From NCBI RefSeq assembly GCF_018350175.1, contig NC_058368.1, forward strand, positions 199,022,001 through 199,086,000: 64,000 nt of DNA. The letters run 5' to 3'. Source of the DNA: Felis catus. Its lineage: Eukaryota. A program made the position numbers and the translations under genes. Every line of letters begins with the position of its first letter. The first letter of the stretch is position 1. A model generated the notes under the pieces. It was not told the origin of the DNA and made no database searches. It was given only the letters and a program-made list of their open reading frames with translations. Below are positions 35,911 to 48,718 of this stretch, in pieces.

Positions 35911-38537
35911 TGGAATAGTACTTCCATCTTTTACTATACAAAAATATGTGGGTATATATTTTGTGTGTGTTCTCATTACTTTTTTTATAGCTTCATAGTA
36001 CTCCACTGAGCAGATGTACCCATGCTTATTCAACCAGCTCCTTGATGATAGACATTTGAATTGTTTCCAGTCCTTTGCTATTATAACTCATGCTGCACTG
36101 AATTACCCTAGCAATATACCTTTTCATATGCCCATGTATGTGTGGTATAGATTCTCAGAAGTAAGATTTATGAGTCAAAGAGTAAACACATGTGGAACTT
36201 TGCTGGATATTGCCAAATTCCTTTCCTTAGGGGTTGAACCATTTTGTAGTTTGTTTAAAAATTGATTATTTGTGCACAGCTTTGCCAAAAAAGTATTTTG
36301 CCTAACTTCTTTTTCTTTTTGCCATTCTGGTAGATAAGAAATAGTAACTCCATAAAGTTTTAATTTGCATTTATTTCATTATGAGTGAGTTTAAACATCT
36401 ATTCATATGGTTAAGGGCCATTTGCCTATCTTTCTTTGGGAATTATCTCTTCATATCTGTAGCCTATTTGTTTATAAAGCAGTTGAACTTTTTCTTGTTT
36501 TCAGAAACTTTTAGACATTAAGAATATCAAAAACCTTTGTCTGCAGTTTAAACTGCAAACATTGTTTTCCCAGTTTAACAGGTGTCTTTGTACCACGTTT
36601 ATGGTATTTGCTTTTCTTATGCATAGTTTGCATTTTTTAATTTTTATAATCGATTCTCTCGGTTTCGTTTCTGAACCCAGCACAGGCATAGGGATAAGTT
36701 AGACAGAAAAAACCCTGATTTGAGCAGTCTGAGTCCAGGGAAATCATTGGCAGAATGCCCAGAGACCACGACCCTCATGATTCCCATCAGAGCCACTGAC
36801 ATCCACCTATCTGCCTTACCATTATTAATGCAATTACTACCAGAGAAGCCAGAGGTTTCCAAGTAACACTCCTTCCCCCAACTTAGAATCTGTTTTCCTC
36901 ACAGAGCTTTTGTTGACTTGGGTGGATGAAAGTGATAATGTGGGGATGAGTACAGGGAGGAGGATCCTGAGAGCAAAAGCTTTGGATAAAGCTGAAGGGA
37001 CCCAAACCGTGCGAAACGTGGCTGACAAATGTGTTTCCCCCTAAAGCCATTGCCACAAGAACAGAGAGATGTTTTCTTACATTCCTATTCCTCTTCTTAG
37101 AAACGAATTGCGGCTTTCACCAGGACTCCTTCCGCAGAATAAAACAAACACTCAGATCTTGAAAGTGTCTGGGAGAGACGTTCACAGTTCTGTGGATAAT
37201 GCTGTATTTCTTTTATTTTTACAGCCTTAAAGAGAGCGGTCATGCTAACTATTCACCGCACAAAAGTAATGGTATGAGAGTCTGCATTTTCTTCCCCGCG
37301 CGCGTCTTTTCCTTGGCGGGTGGGGGCTCCGCCAAATGGACTGTATTCGTTTCACACATTTGGGTTCATCGGTTTACTCTTTTTTGCTCATTTTTAAACA
37401 TTTAAATTAGGGAGTTGTCTAAAAAAAAATACTTGGTTTCAAAACCAGAAAGTAGCAGAGAAGCCTCCACATGCACCGCAGACCACATCCATCTTGTCGC
37501 CCGAGTTCCTGCACGAAGCATTGTTTAAAAATGAAGCTTTGAATAGTGGATTCGAACAACTCTCTGCCTTACCGGAGGTTGTACGCATTTATGTAAAATG
37601 GGACCACGCACATCTATGTATAAATATATGCTTTTGCTTTTCCGCATAGGTCTGAATAAGGTTGGGGCAGGGGATGCCTTGGCCTGTTGTTGCTACTTTG
37701 CTCCTGACCATCAGTTCCTGTCCTATATGTCTACAGAGCTTGGCCTTTGTCCTTCATGTCATAACTTGCAACAGTGGGGGCATCGGACCTAGTTTCTGTC
37801 TTTAATTGTCCCCAAACACGCAGTTGATTTGGGAACAATGTCGGACAGTACTCAGCACGGAACACAAAGAAAGGGTACTGTATCTGGTTATAATTTAGAA
37901 GTGGACGCGTTAACTCGAATATACCCTTCGCTACTGGGTTGTGTTGAACTTCCAGAAAGCCGAGCTTTATCTCCGTATAGGAATTTAGACAGATCGTGTT
38001 CAAAAGTTGCGAGCAGGTTACGATGCTGACAAATGAGTTCCTAATTATTCGGCTCCAGGCTCTGCCCATGTTGCACGCAGAGCAGGCCTTCACCAGGACA
38101 CTTGGAGACTTTTGTAGCTTCAACTGATTTAATTGAAAACAAATGGAACCATGTGATTATCTCAACCACAAATACGTAACACAATGTGTAATATATTTAA
38201 AAGGCAAGAGGAAATTTAGTAATGGAATTTCAAAACTGTTTGAAAGAAAGAAACTTTGAGGGAAAAGAAAGGAAGAAGTGAATTGGTGACGCCAGTTTGA
38301 TTATTTTCAAATCCCACAGCTGGACTTGGATTTGTACAAGAGGAGTCATGGTCTGTAAAGGACACCAGCAGAAATCTAAGTGCTGGTATAACACATGGGG
38401 GAATAAGTGACAAGGCTTTAGACACCCAGAAAACTGCAAAATTCGTGCACTCTTAATGTACTTCTTTTCCCGTAGGAAAATGTCCTGATTTACATACTCT
38501 ATCAGGGAAATACCTCGGTAAAAATATGTTCCTTATT

Positions 38538-38696
38538 GGGCCGCCTGGTTGGCTCAGTTGGTTGAGCGTCCGACTTCAGCTCAGGTCATGATCTTGCGCT
38601 CCATGGCTTCGAGCCCCCGTTGGGCTCTGTGCTGACGGCTCAGAGCTTGGAGCCTGCTTCACATTCTGGGTCTCCTTCTCTCTCTGCCCCTCCCCT

Positions 38697-38731
<35 letters not shown>

Positions 38732-38753
38732 AGTAAATAAACATTAAAAAAAA
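38538..38753 (+). mobile_element. CanSINE
   Basis: Head, (CT)n and A tail. Confidence 0.93.
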
Positions 38754-39268
38754 TGTTTTTAAAAATATATAGTCCTTGTTGTTTGCGACCACTTTACTCA
38801 TTTACTTAATTTTTTCCTTACTGGCCATTCATGTGCTCTGCCCAGATTCTGTAGTAATAATAATAACAGCAAACACTCTGAGCTCTTAGTGTGTCCCAAA
38901 CATTATTCTAAGCAGCTTGTATTACCTCATTTAGTTCCCACAGCAGCCGCGTGAGACTGCCCCTGCTGTGATCCTGCCATTACAGACGAGGAAGTAGAGA
39001 AGCCAGCTTGCCCGAGGCGATATCTAGAAATTCGTTCTCAACCATTGTATGATACCACCTTTCCAAGCACACCAAACACCTTGTGACAAATGCCTTGCAT
39101 AATGAAAGGACTTCCAAAGACCAACCGATTTGGGGAACAGATGCAGGCCTGGGTATTTCAGAACTACAAAGATAAATAAAATTTTCAATACAGTGCGACA
39201 GCATATTTTCAAACCATTCACTTAGATGTGTGAATTTTAATACATCTATTTGAAGGCAGACCACATTT

Positions 39269-39490
39269 TTTTTTTAATTTTTTTTTCAACGTTTATTTAT
39301 TTTTTGGGACAGAGAGAGACAGAGCATGAACGGGGGAGGGGCAGAGAGAGAGGGAGACACAGAATCAGAAACAGGCTCCAGGCTCTGAGCCATCAGCCCA
39401 GAGCCCGACGCGGGGCTCGAACTCCCGGACCGCGAGATCGTGACCTGGCTGAAGTCGGACGCTTAACCGACTGCGCCACCCAGGCGCCCC
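39269..39490 (-). mobile_element. Young SINEC_Fc
   Basis: CpGs retained; perfect 18-bp TSD tgaaggcagaccacattt 39251-39268 / 39491-39508. Confidence 0.98.
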
Positions 39491-39848
39491 TGAAGGCAGA
39501 CCACATTTCTGAATAATCACATCCACTATAATAGATTTATTAGATAGTAATGTACAAAAAGTGCCCACAGTTGCCTTGTTTTCACCTAGAAAAACTGCAA
39601 TTTCAAATGGTTCAATCTTCTTTTGGTACTATTGAATAGATGATACTTCTTAGAGATCTGAGCAAAGGACGGCCCCTTTATCCATCCATCAGCAATAGTT
39701 ACTGAGGGTTAGTTGTGCCAAACACTATGTCAGTCCTGGGATCAAAAGCTATGGAGACATGGATCTTGCCCGAAGAAATTCTTAGTTTTCAACACGAGAC
39801 AGACAAATACACAAATAATCACAATTAAAATAAGATTATTGTAGCCCT

Positions 39849-40066
39849 GGAGCACCTGGGTGGCTCAGTCAGTTAAGCATCCGACTCTTGATTTCAGCTC
39901 AGGTCATGATCTCACAGTTTATGAGATCGAGTCCCGCGTCGGGTTCTGCACTGACAGCATGGAGCCTGCTTGGGATTCGCTCTCCCTCCCTCTCTGCCCC
40001 TCTCCCACTCATTCTTGCTTGCTCTTTCTCTCAAAATAAATAAGTAAACATTAGAAATGTTTTAAA
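39849..40066 (+). mobile_element. CanSINE
   Basis: TSD-like aagattattgtagccct / aagattactgcaaccct. Confidence 0.93.
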
Positions 40067-40334
40067 AAGATTACTGCAACCCTGAAATTCTGTATAAAAG
40101 GTCTTGGGGGTGTTGAGAAAAGGGCCTATATGTGAGCCTAGAGAAGGCAGGGATATCTTCACACAGAAGATGAGCTCTGACTGGGATGTAATGGGAGAGT
40201 AGTTTACCACTACTCCTGAAAAGGCCATTAAAAACATCCAACAGATTTAGCTTTCAAGGATGAGAAATGACATTTCTTTGGCATCATTAGATTTTATTGA
40301 GGGCAGTTATTGTGGATCTACCAGGCCTACCTGA

Positions 40335-40510
40335 TTTCAAGCCTGGGCTATGCTTTTCCAAAGCTTTACATCTTGGGACAAGTTATTTCTTGTCTGTAAG
40401 GTGGAGATATTAATACCTACCTCATAGAATTATTATGAGCAATTGCATAGTGTATGCTAAGCTCTCGGCAAAATCATACACGCAAAGTACTTAACAAATG
40501 GTGGCTATTT
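40335..40510 (+). mobile_element. MIR
   Basis: cttgggacaagttattt ... tctgtaaggtggagatattaatacctacctcatag. Confidence 0.75.
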
Positions 40511-41093
40511 CTATAATTGTTGCCCAGTTTACTTTTTTGCTAACTGGTGCATCACTACACCAATACCAGAGAAGTGTCAGCTCTAATTCCCATGAAAGCT
40601 TTTGACCTTGTTGTTGGGAGATTGGTGTAGGTACTGCCTTGGTGGGTGATCTATGACCTTAGAGAGTGTGTAGCTTTTTATCAGGCCATAGTGTGGTGCA
40701 GAATTTTCCCAGAAGTCTGTGGTATCTGTTTGTCATCTTGCAAGTGTGTGTGTGAGCTTTAAGAGCAAATTTGTCAGCACACAAAAGTTCCCAGATGGCT
40801 TTTTCAAGGACGTTTGATCTCTGCTGTCTTTGATTTGAAAGTTCCCCAGAGATCTGAAAGCAGATTTCTTCTTGCCTCCTTAAACATGGCTGTGCAAAAT
40901 TGAGCAAGTTATTGGCACAGTCAGCCTATCTTGTTTAACTACAGATGGATTCATGGCAGGATGAGCAGCTACCCATCTGATATCATTGACTAAGCCATGA
41001 TCCACCAGCTGTGGGAGATCTGCAAACTTCTCAGAAGAGCCTTGGAAGATGGTAGTCACGTGTCCATCTGTGGTCAGCTGGAATAAACGTTCT

Positions 41094-41291
41094 TTTGTTT
41101 TTAAGTTTATTTATTTAGAGAGAGTGAGCAAGAAGGGGAGGGGTGGAGAGAGAGGGAGAGAGAGAATCCTAAGCAGGCTCCACACTGTCACTGCAGAGCC
41201 CAATGTGGGACTCAGTCCCAGGAACTATGAGATCACGACCTGAACCAAACTGAGAATAAGACACTTAACCGACCGAGCCACCCGGGCACCC
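41094..41291 (-). mobile_element. CanSINE
   Basis: TSD tggaataaacgttct / tggaataaaagttct. Confidence 0.93.
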
Positions 41292-43303
41292 TGGAATAAA
41301 AGTTCTAATTGCAAAATCTGGCCTGTCAAAAGGGTGCTAGATTTTGTCCTGCTGCAGTCAACCGTTTTAATTTTTGAGTTCTATTAGCTTCACCTATGAG
41401 CTGTCATGGATTTGGTATGGTAGTTTAGGAGCTACAAATGCTGAAGACCTGGAACACAAGGACACAGTAAAGTCAGCCAGAGTTAAACAAGGCTTTGTGC
41501 AATATGCCACCCTGGGCTGCCTTCCTGCAGAGAGTAAAGGGCAAAAGGGAGTCTATCCATTCCTCTGCTTGGGGGGCTCTTAGCTATAAGAGAGGAGGAG
41601 GGTCTGCGTCTGAAGACTTGAGGTACAAGAAAAAGTAGGGCTTGGCTGTTAGAGACCCTGTTGTCTACACGTCACGACTGTAGCCTCGGTTCAAGGCATA
41701 AAATACCTTACATTTGTCCATCCTGTCTCAGTATTTTGCAAACACTGTGCGAGAGTCACATGGCTTACATTGCACAAAGGGTTAACTGCAGCTTTACTTT
41801 TTGGGGAAAATGTGTTTTAGTTGTTCCACAGCCTCTTCCCCTTATGACTGTGTTCTGATATAACCTCTGTGCCATCCAAGGCAATAAACAGCAGAGGAGC
41901 TGGGGTAAATCCAATTATTTTTCCACAGCATCTTTCGTTGTAAGTGTGTCCGATTTTTAAAAATGAGACTCCATAAACCACATCATCACAGAGTCCTGTT
42001 TTTGTCTCCAGGGGTTTCAGACTTCCAAATGCTTGCCTTCCTGGATGTAGCATTGATGTGGCCCTGGGGACTGGTTCGAGTCACTAAAAACGCTCCTGGC
42101 ACTGGATCACCTTGCGGTTGAGGTGAAACGGGGATCTTGTTTTCAAGAGGTTGGAGGAGAACTCACTGGAAAGGCCCCGAGAGGGGATGACTCTCTCTTT
42201 GGGGCTCAGGAGAGATTGACCCTTGACCGCCCCCCCGCCCCCCGCAATCTTCAGACCTTAGAAGCTCCTTGCTGGTCACACACATTCACATCCGTCCTGG
42301 CAGCCCGAACCCCCACGTCCTCAGAAATTCCTAGAAGTGTAAAGACAAAATCAGCCCCGGGATGTTGGCAGGATTCAATGTGTTACTAAAAATGGGACTT
42401 GTGGATGGAGACTTAAGAGTTTTAAGTGAAAAAAGAAAATTTATGTAATTATCAGTGACTCCAGTGACTTCATTTGTTCTGAAATGGTTCATTACCAAAG
42501 ATTGAAATAGGGTCACAGGAACACTGCTTCCCAGCGAGGGAGAAGCTATCTCTCCGCAGCCCCCACCCCTCCCTCCCATCTCAGCCAAGAGTGTCACTTG
42601 GGAATTCGTCAGGAAACTATTCGTGGGGGTTTGGATTTACAAACTTCGCAACTCTTCTCTGAATGCCACAACCCACCTTCGCAGTGAATCCCAGCACCCT
42701 GCCTCCTAGCTAACTTTGGGTCCTTTCCCAAACACTAAATAACGGGATAGGGATACAAGACAGTTTCTCTTTCAAAGTTCAGAGGCAGAAAGCGGGATGA
42801 CTGTGTTTCTTGAGCCTGGGTCTCACTCCAGCCCCCTGGCTGATACCTACTCTGGGTTAGCATGTGAAGGCAAAGGTCTGGATTGAGCCGGGAGGAGGGG
42901 AGTGGTTTTCCATGACAGCCTCCCTTATTCATGGCCATCCTTCTCTCAGCCAAAACTGTATTTCCTGGTACCTCTCTCGGGGTTGCAAAGGAGGAGCAGT
43001 TGGATCATTTGATTAGCTTTTTCCCAGAACAGGGACCCTCCCATCTCTGTTTACTTCCCAGTGAGTGAAGGAGGAGGCCCAAGAATGGGGCGCCTTCTGG
43101 GGCTGCTCCTGAAACAGAAACAGCCCCGGAGTCAGCCTTGGTTTTGCTAAATGTATCAATTCTCCCACATCAGGTGGACACCTGCTGACGCTTTCCTCCG
43201 CCGTCCCTACCCCTGGGGAAAACCACTCCTGGTAGCCCCACTCCAGCTATCCCCACAGACAAAGTGAACACCCCTTGCTCCTCATGGATACCTGTCGAAT
43301 AAA

Positions 43304-43850
43304 TTTTTTTCAATTGTGGTAAAAAAAAAAAACCCAAAAAACATAGCATACAATTTACTATCTTAACTGTTTCTAATCATACAGTTCAGTAGCATCAACT
43401 ATATTCATATTGTCCACCAGATCTCTAGGACATTTTTCATCTTGCAAAACTGAACCTCTGTACCTATCCCACTGAACAATTCCCCACTCCCCCTCCCCCC
43501 CAGGTTTTGGCAGCCATCATTCTATTTTCTACTTCTATGAGTTTGACTACCTGAGATACCTTATATAAGTGGAAATATGTAGTATTTGCCTTTTTGTGAC
43601 TGGTTTATTTTACTTAGTAAAATGCACTCAAGGTGCATCCATATTGTAACATGTGACAGGATTTCTTTCTTTTTTAGGGCTGAATAATATTCCATTTGCT
43701 TATGCATTCATCTTCAATGGACTTTGGGGTGGCTTCCACCTTTTGGCTACTGTGAATAACGCTACAGTGAATATGGGTGTGCAAATACCTCTTTGAGGTC
43801 CTGCTCTCAATTTTTTTGGATAAATACTCAAAAGTGGTATTGCTGGGTCA
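43304..43850 (-). mobile_element. L1MA/L1MB 3' end
   Basis: ttgtggtaaaa...catacaatttactatcttaac and tttttgtgactggtttattttacttag. Confidence 0.88.
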
Positions 43851-45449
43851 CAGACTTCAGGCTTAGGCTCCTGCCCTTGGATAGATGTTTGATATTCCTA
43901 CATCCTTTCTATATCCACTACCCAAAAGCCACACATTGTAGAATATTTCCTTCCTCGAAAATCATTCCCTCAGAGCATGGAACAAATGACACGCTGGCCT
44001 TTGCCCCAGTCTTAAGTCCAAGTACAACACGGACTTTTCATTTTCAATCTCTGGTGCCGTGCTGGAAACCTGTCATCAACAGATGAATGCAGGAAAATAA
44101 ATAAATGAATAAATAAATAAATAGCATTAAAAAAATGGAATGCAGATTCTCAGTTAAATCGCCCTCCATCCCTTACCAGACCTTTCCAGAATCTCCAGCA
44201 GTTCCTATCTTGGGGGTAAGGTTCTACTGCTCTCTCAGGTGGTCACTGTCATTCTCCTGGGACTGATCATGGGCTCCTCACCTGTGGCATCTCTGGCTCC
44301 AGCTCTCTTCCCCATGTGGAGGATGGCTGGTGGAACACAGCTTGGTCACTTTTGCTAGACAGCCCCATAGTGGAGGAGGGACAAGGATCTGGCCACCCAA
44401 CCAAGCTGAAGAGCTCAGATCTTTTATGAAAGGAGCCCGTCTCCTTTATGCTGCAAAAGTAGGAGTCAGACCTGCAGGGAGATTGTAGGAATGGCTCTTT
44501 TAGCCAACCCTAATACACAGCTGTGCACATGCACACACATGCATACATACATGCACACACAGAGGCGTCAAGGGCTCCTGCTACTCCTGCCTATGACTTC
44601 TTTTCTAATCATTCTTTTTCTATTTCAGCTTTGGACTTAGAATTTTTGACTCCAAAAGAAGAAGTAAAAATTTTTTTAAGCCTACTAAAAAAGTGCTCTG
44701 AATTTTGTCACTCTATTTTGTATTCACCTTATTTATCAAGGTCACTGCTGGTTTTATATGTAAGTAGAGAAGTTTTCACAACAATTAGAAATCCCCAAGA
44801 TAGCTCCCGTACCAATTTGGACTTGAGCAAAAAGAATCATTTCTTCGATTTCGTGTCATCCTCTCTAGACATTTTTAAAATGCAAATACGCCTAATAGGA
44901 GTAACCAGCACTTTACTGTAATTTAGTTTGTCAGATGGCTTTCCTCTGGGGGATGTGGGGGAGGCAGGAATGGGAGAGAAACACAGAAAGCAGAGTTGGG
45001 GAAACATTAACAAATTTCATCTATTTCCCAATTTTTCCTAGGATAAGCTCCGTGTATATTTCAGCTGGAATTTCATGAATCTTTGTGCTTCAGCACTTGT
45101 CTACTTAGGAAAAATTGAGTGAACAAGTTATCCAAATCATTTCTGACATCTCAATTTTACATGCTGGTACCATGTTATGAAATATTGTATGGGAAGGAGG
45201 TGTCCCCGAATGTTTATCTGTTTGTCTCTTGTCCTAATTAAGTCCATGTGGATCCCATGTGACTTCAGAGTATGGGGACTGTGTTTCCATTTTGTTTTGT
45301 TTTATTTTGTATTTTCCTTTAATGTGCCGCTTCAATTAGAGAAGGAACACATCAATATTTGGATTGAGAGGTAAGATACAGAGAGGGAATTGTTTGGCCC
45401 ATAATTCGTTGAGGGAATAGATGGGCTCTTAAATCATCAAAAGGAAATA

Positions 45450-45960
45450 TCGTAGTATTAGTGAAGATACTTTGGGATTAAAGAAGTAGAAATCAATTTA
45501 AGCTAGCTGAAGCAAAATGTGGGGGGTGGTCTGAGGATAAGGGGCGTCTTATGGAGCCCGTGGGTAGAAATGCAGCCCAATCTGAGGAACTAAGTTCTGG
45601 GAAGCTTGTCAACAACCCAGGAACAAACTCTGCCTCTCATTCCTGCTGCCCTCTGAACATCTGCTTCTCCTTTTCTCTTTCACTGCAGACCAACTTTCTC
45701 TGGTTCTCTGGCCACATTGCAATATGGCTGCCCCAAATCTCCTGGATCAACATGTTATCAACCACGCCAAAGGTAACTGGCTATTAATTGGTCCCAGTTC
45801 TTGGGAGGGAGAGCCTGATTGGTCCAACCTGGATCAGACTCCACAGTGACCTAATGAACTACTGAAAAGTGACAGGGTCACATGCTAAGAATGCAGCTGC
45901 TGGGACTCACCTTGGACATCGGGGGTACTTTCTCAGAGTAAGGAGCGTTATATGCTTCCA
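45450..45960. mobile_element. Ancient MaLR-like LTR (MLT1K-N class)
   Basis: agctagctgaagcaaaa and gggagagcctgattggtccaacctggatca motifs. Confidence 0.45.
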
Positions 45961-46262
45961 GAGCAGTCAGTCCCTGTTCCAAAAGAAAGCTATCCAGGGT
46001 TTCCTATATTTCCTGTTTGTAACCTGAATGTCCCACATCCCATCAGCTGTGGCACAAAGCCATGGTCACAGCACCAAAATAATATAGAACTTCAAACTTG
46101 CGCATGTGCCACCAAGGGTTTTTTTGAGCTCATAAAAGGCCCCCATGGCTCCTCATAGCTCCCCAGGTAATGCTGGTTCACCACCCATGCCAGCTCTCCA
46201 CCAGGCGTTATGGTCTCTACCACTGTTCTGCTGGGCACATGACCACAACACATGATCCTTCA

Positions 46263-46376
46263 CTAGGGTGCCCATAAACTTTAGTTCATGGCTGTTGTCC
46301 TGGTGTTGTTGTTAACAGCACTCACCTTAATTCTCAAAAGTGTCCTGTTTACACAATAAATTATATGTTCTACCTA
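46263..46376. mobile_element. MER94/MER81-like hAT-Blackjack MITE
   Basis: tagggtgcccata ... aaaagtgtcctgtttacacaataaattatatgttctaccta. Confidence 0.6.
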
Positions 46377-48499
46377 TCCCTAATACACAGGTTTTATAAT
46401 AGTACATGACAAGGAGGCTTTTGTGAATCCTTTTTACAGAAGCTTCCAAACAGTGCCATTTGTTCCCTGACATTTTATAGAGTGACAGAGAAACCCCATT
46501 TGACCTAAATTAACCAAAGAGGGAGGTATTTATTGATTGACATAACCAAACTAGGGAAAGGACAGAGGGTAGAGTTTGCCTCAGCAGCCACTAGATTCAG
46601 AACTCCAAATAACAAGGAACTCATTCCTTCACTATCCATTTTTTTGTGTGTGTCTCTGCTTCTTTTGGTGTGTTAGCTTTTTTCCCTCAGACTTGTCCCT
46701 ATACAGGGAAAACTTGGACACTGTCATCACCTCTGGGCTTATGTTCTCAAAGCTTCACAGTCATAGAACTCAGAGAGCTCTTGTTAGGAAGATCCTGGGA
46801 AAGAGCCTTTTGACTATGGTTGGGTCATGTGTCCATCACTGGACCAGCCAGTGTGGTCAAGGGATAAGGAACCGTGATTGGCAACCACCACCAGAATCCT
46901 ACGAAAAGGAGGGAAGTGTTGTCCCAGGCAGACAAAACAAGCAATACCCACCCATAGATCTCTTTCAGTGTTTGATATCACCAGAACTGAGACTTGAGTC
47001 CAGCGGGGGCAAGCGATGAAATAAAGGTAAGCAGCCCAACATCCCTCCCTTTTAACAATTAAGATTTTCTTACTGAGGCAAATTCCTCCTGATCCTTATT
47101 CCCTTTACTCACCCAGAAGGGTCCACAGTCCTTATGCACATGGGTTTGGTTAGGCTTCTCTAGCTGTTCATCAGAACACCAGCAGTGAACATAGCTGAGG
47201 CATGACCCTAAGGACATCATTATATGTATTAGCAAAAACAAATAGGATTAGGGAAACATGTACATTGCATACCAGCTCAACCCTAGTAAGTTCTTGAAAC
47301 CCTAGTAAGTTCTTAGATCTATAGTTTAGAAGCTTGGGTCCTGAAGAGCAACCCTATGGAACTCATGGGAAGGAAATCTTTCTTTGTCTCTCAGTCTTGG
47401 TCTCTCTCTCTCTCCCTCTCTGTATGTGTATGCATTTTAGATATAAAAAGGTATTCATAAATCAGGACTTGTATGCTACACTTACTGGCCTCAGTGAATG
47501 GGCTTCAGGCCCAAATGCTATTCACAGAAAAGAAAAGCAGATTTCTGCTCTGATAACAACTTGAATGTTATTTTCTCTGTTCATGGGAAATTCCATTTTT
47601 TCTTTAGTATTAACCAAGATATTCGCCCCTTCCTAATTTGTAACAGTGCTTTGGATAATTCTCAGCAAAGTTGGGTAGTTTCAGTCTTGTTCACGAATGG
47701 GTTGCATGCCTATGTAGGTCTCCATATCTGCAAAGGATTTGCAACCAGGGCTTTGTACTGATTGACCTTTAGGTTCTTTTCAACCCTCTGGTGCAAAGAT
47801 TTGCGAGTACACAGATGAAGCCCATTCAGTTTGTACGTGAGATTCACCTCATTTAAAATTCCTTTCATCTCCTCTTAAACACATTTGGGAAAATCATTAC
47901 AAATAAGAGACCATTGTGAGGCTCAGTGGCATACCTTAAGAGAGGGGAGATTAAGCTCTAGACAGCTCACCTCAAGGTAAGTGCACACTGCTGAGTGTGT
48001 GCAAGGTTTTTGAGGTGGCCACACTGCAGGTGCACTATGTTTGGAAAAAGCAGTCAAGACAAGTGTGTGGGCAGTTGGGGCACCAACTCACTGGGGAGCA
48101 GGGAGCTCCCACCAACAAGGCCACTTGTATGCTCTGTGCCTTTCCGAACCCTGGTTCACATCCCAGGGCCAAGTCCTTAATGAATCAGCAGCCTGATTGG
48201 ATGCACCATATGGGAAATCTCTCTGAAAACCATTCCTCTCCTGAAGGACACACACCAAGACACAGCTTGTCTAAGGCCATACAACTTCTGCCAAAAGATG
48301 ATTTTGCCACAGCTTTTAAACATATGACGCAAGATTTGTGCTATGAAAAGTCCCCACTTAAATTTAAGTATTTTTTTCAGAGGGATAAAAGAAAAGAAAA
48401 CAAACACATAAACCCTAACACAGGGTCTGTTTATGGCGATAGATGGGCAGGTCTCACTCACTTTACTACATCCCTGACTGCTTGTAATGGGTACAATAG

Positions 48500-48718
48500 T
48501 TTAAATTTTTTTTTTTAAATGTCTATTTATTTTCGAAAGAGAGACAGAATGCGAACAGGGCAGGGGCAAAGAGAGAGGGAGACACAAAATCCGAAGCAGG
48601 CTCCAGGCTCTGAGCTGTCAGCACAGAGCCTGACACAGGGCTCAAACCCACAAACCGCAAGATCATGACCTGAGCTGAAGTCGGACGCTCAACCGAATGA
48701 GCCAGCCACCCAGGCACC
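48500..48718 (-). mobile_element. CanSINE (SINEC_Fc2-like)
   Basis: Reverse body; tgggtaca on both flanks. Confidence 0.94.

Noticed and set aside
37731..38123. 130-aa minus-strand ORF as an endogenous viral or foreign gene
   Set aside because: Non-ATG start and no recognisable motif; kept only as part of the CpG-rich island finding.
47997..48518. 173-aa ORF
   Set aside because: GTG start, no recognisable homology or splice context, and it ends in a SINE tail; consistent with chance.
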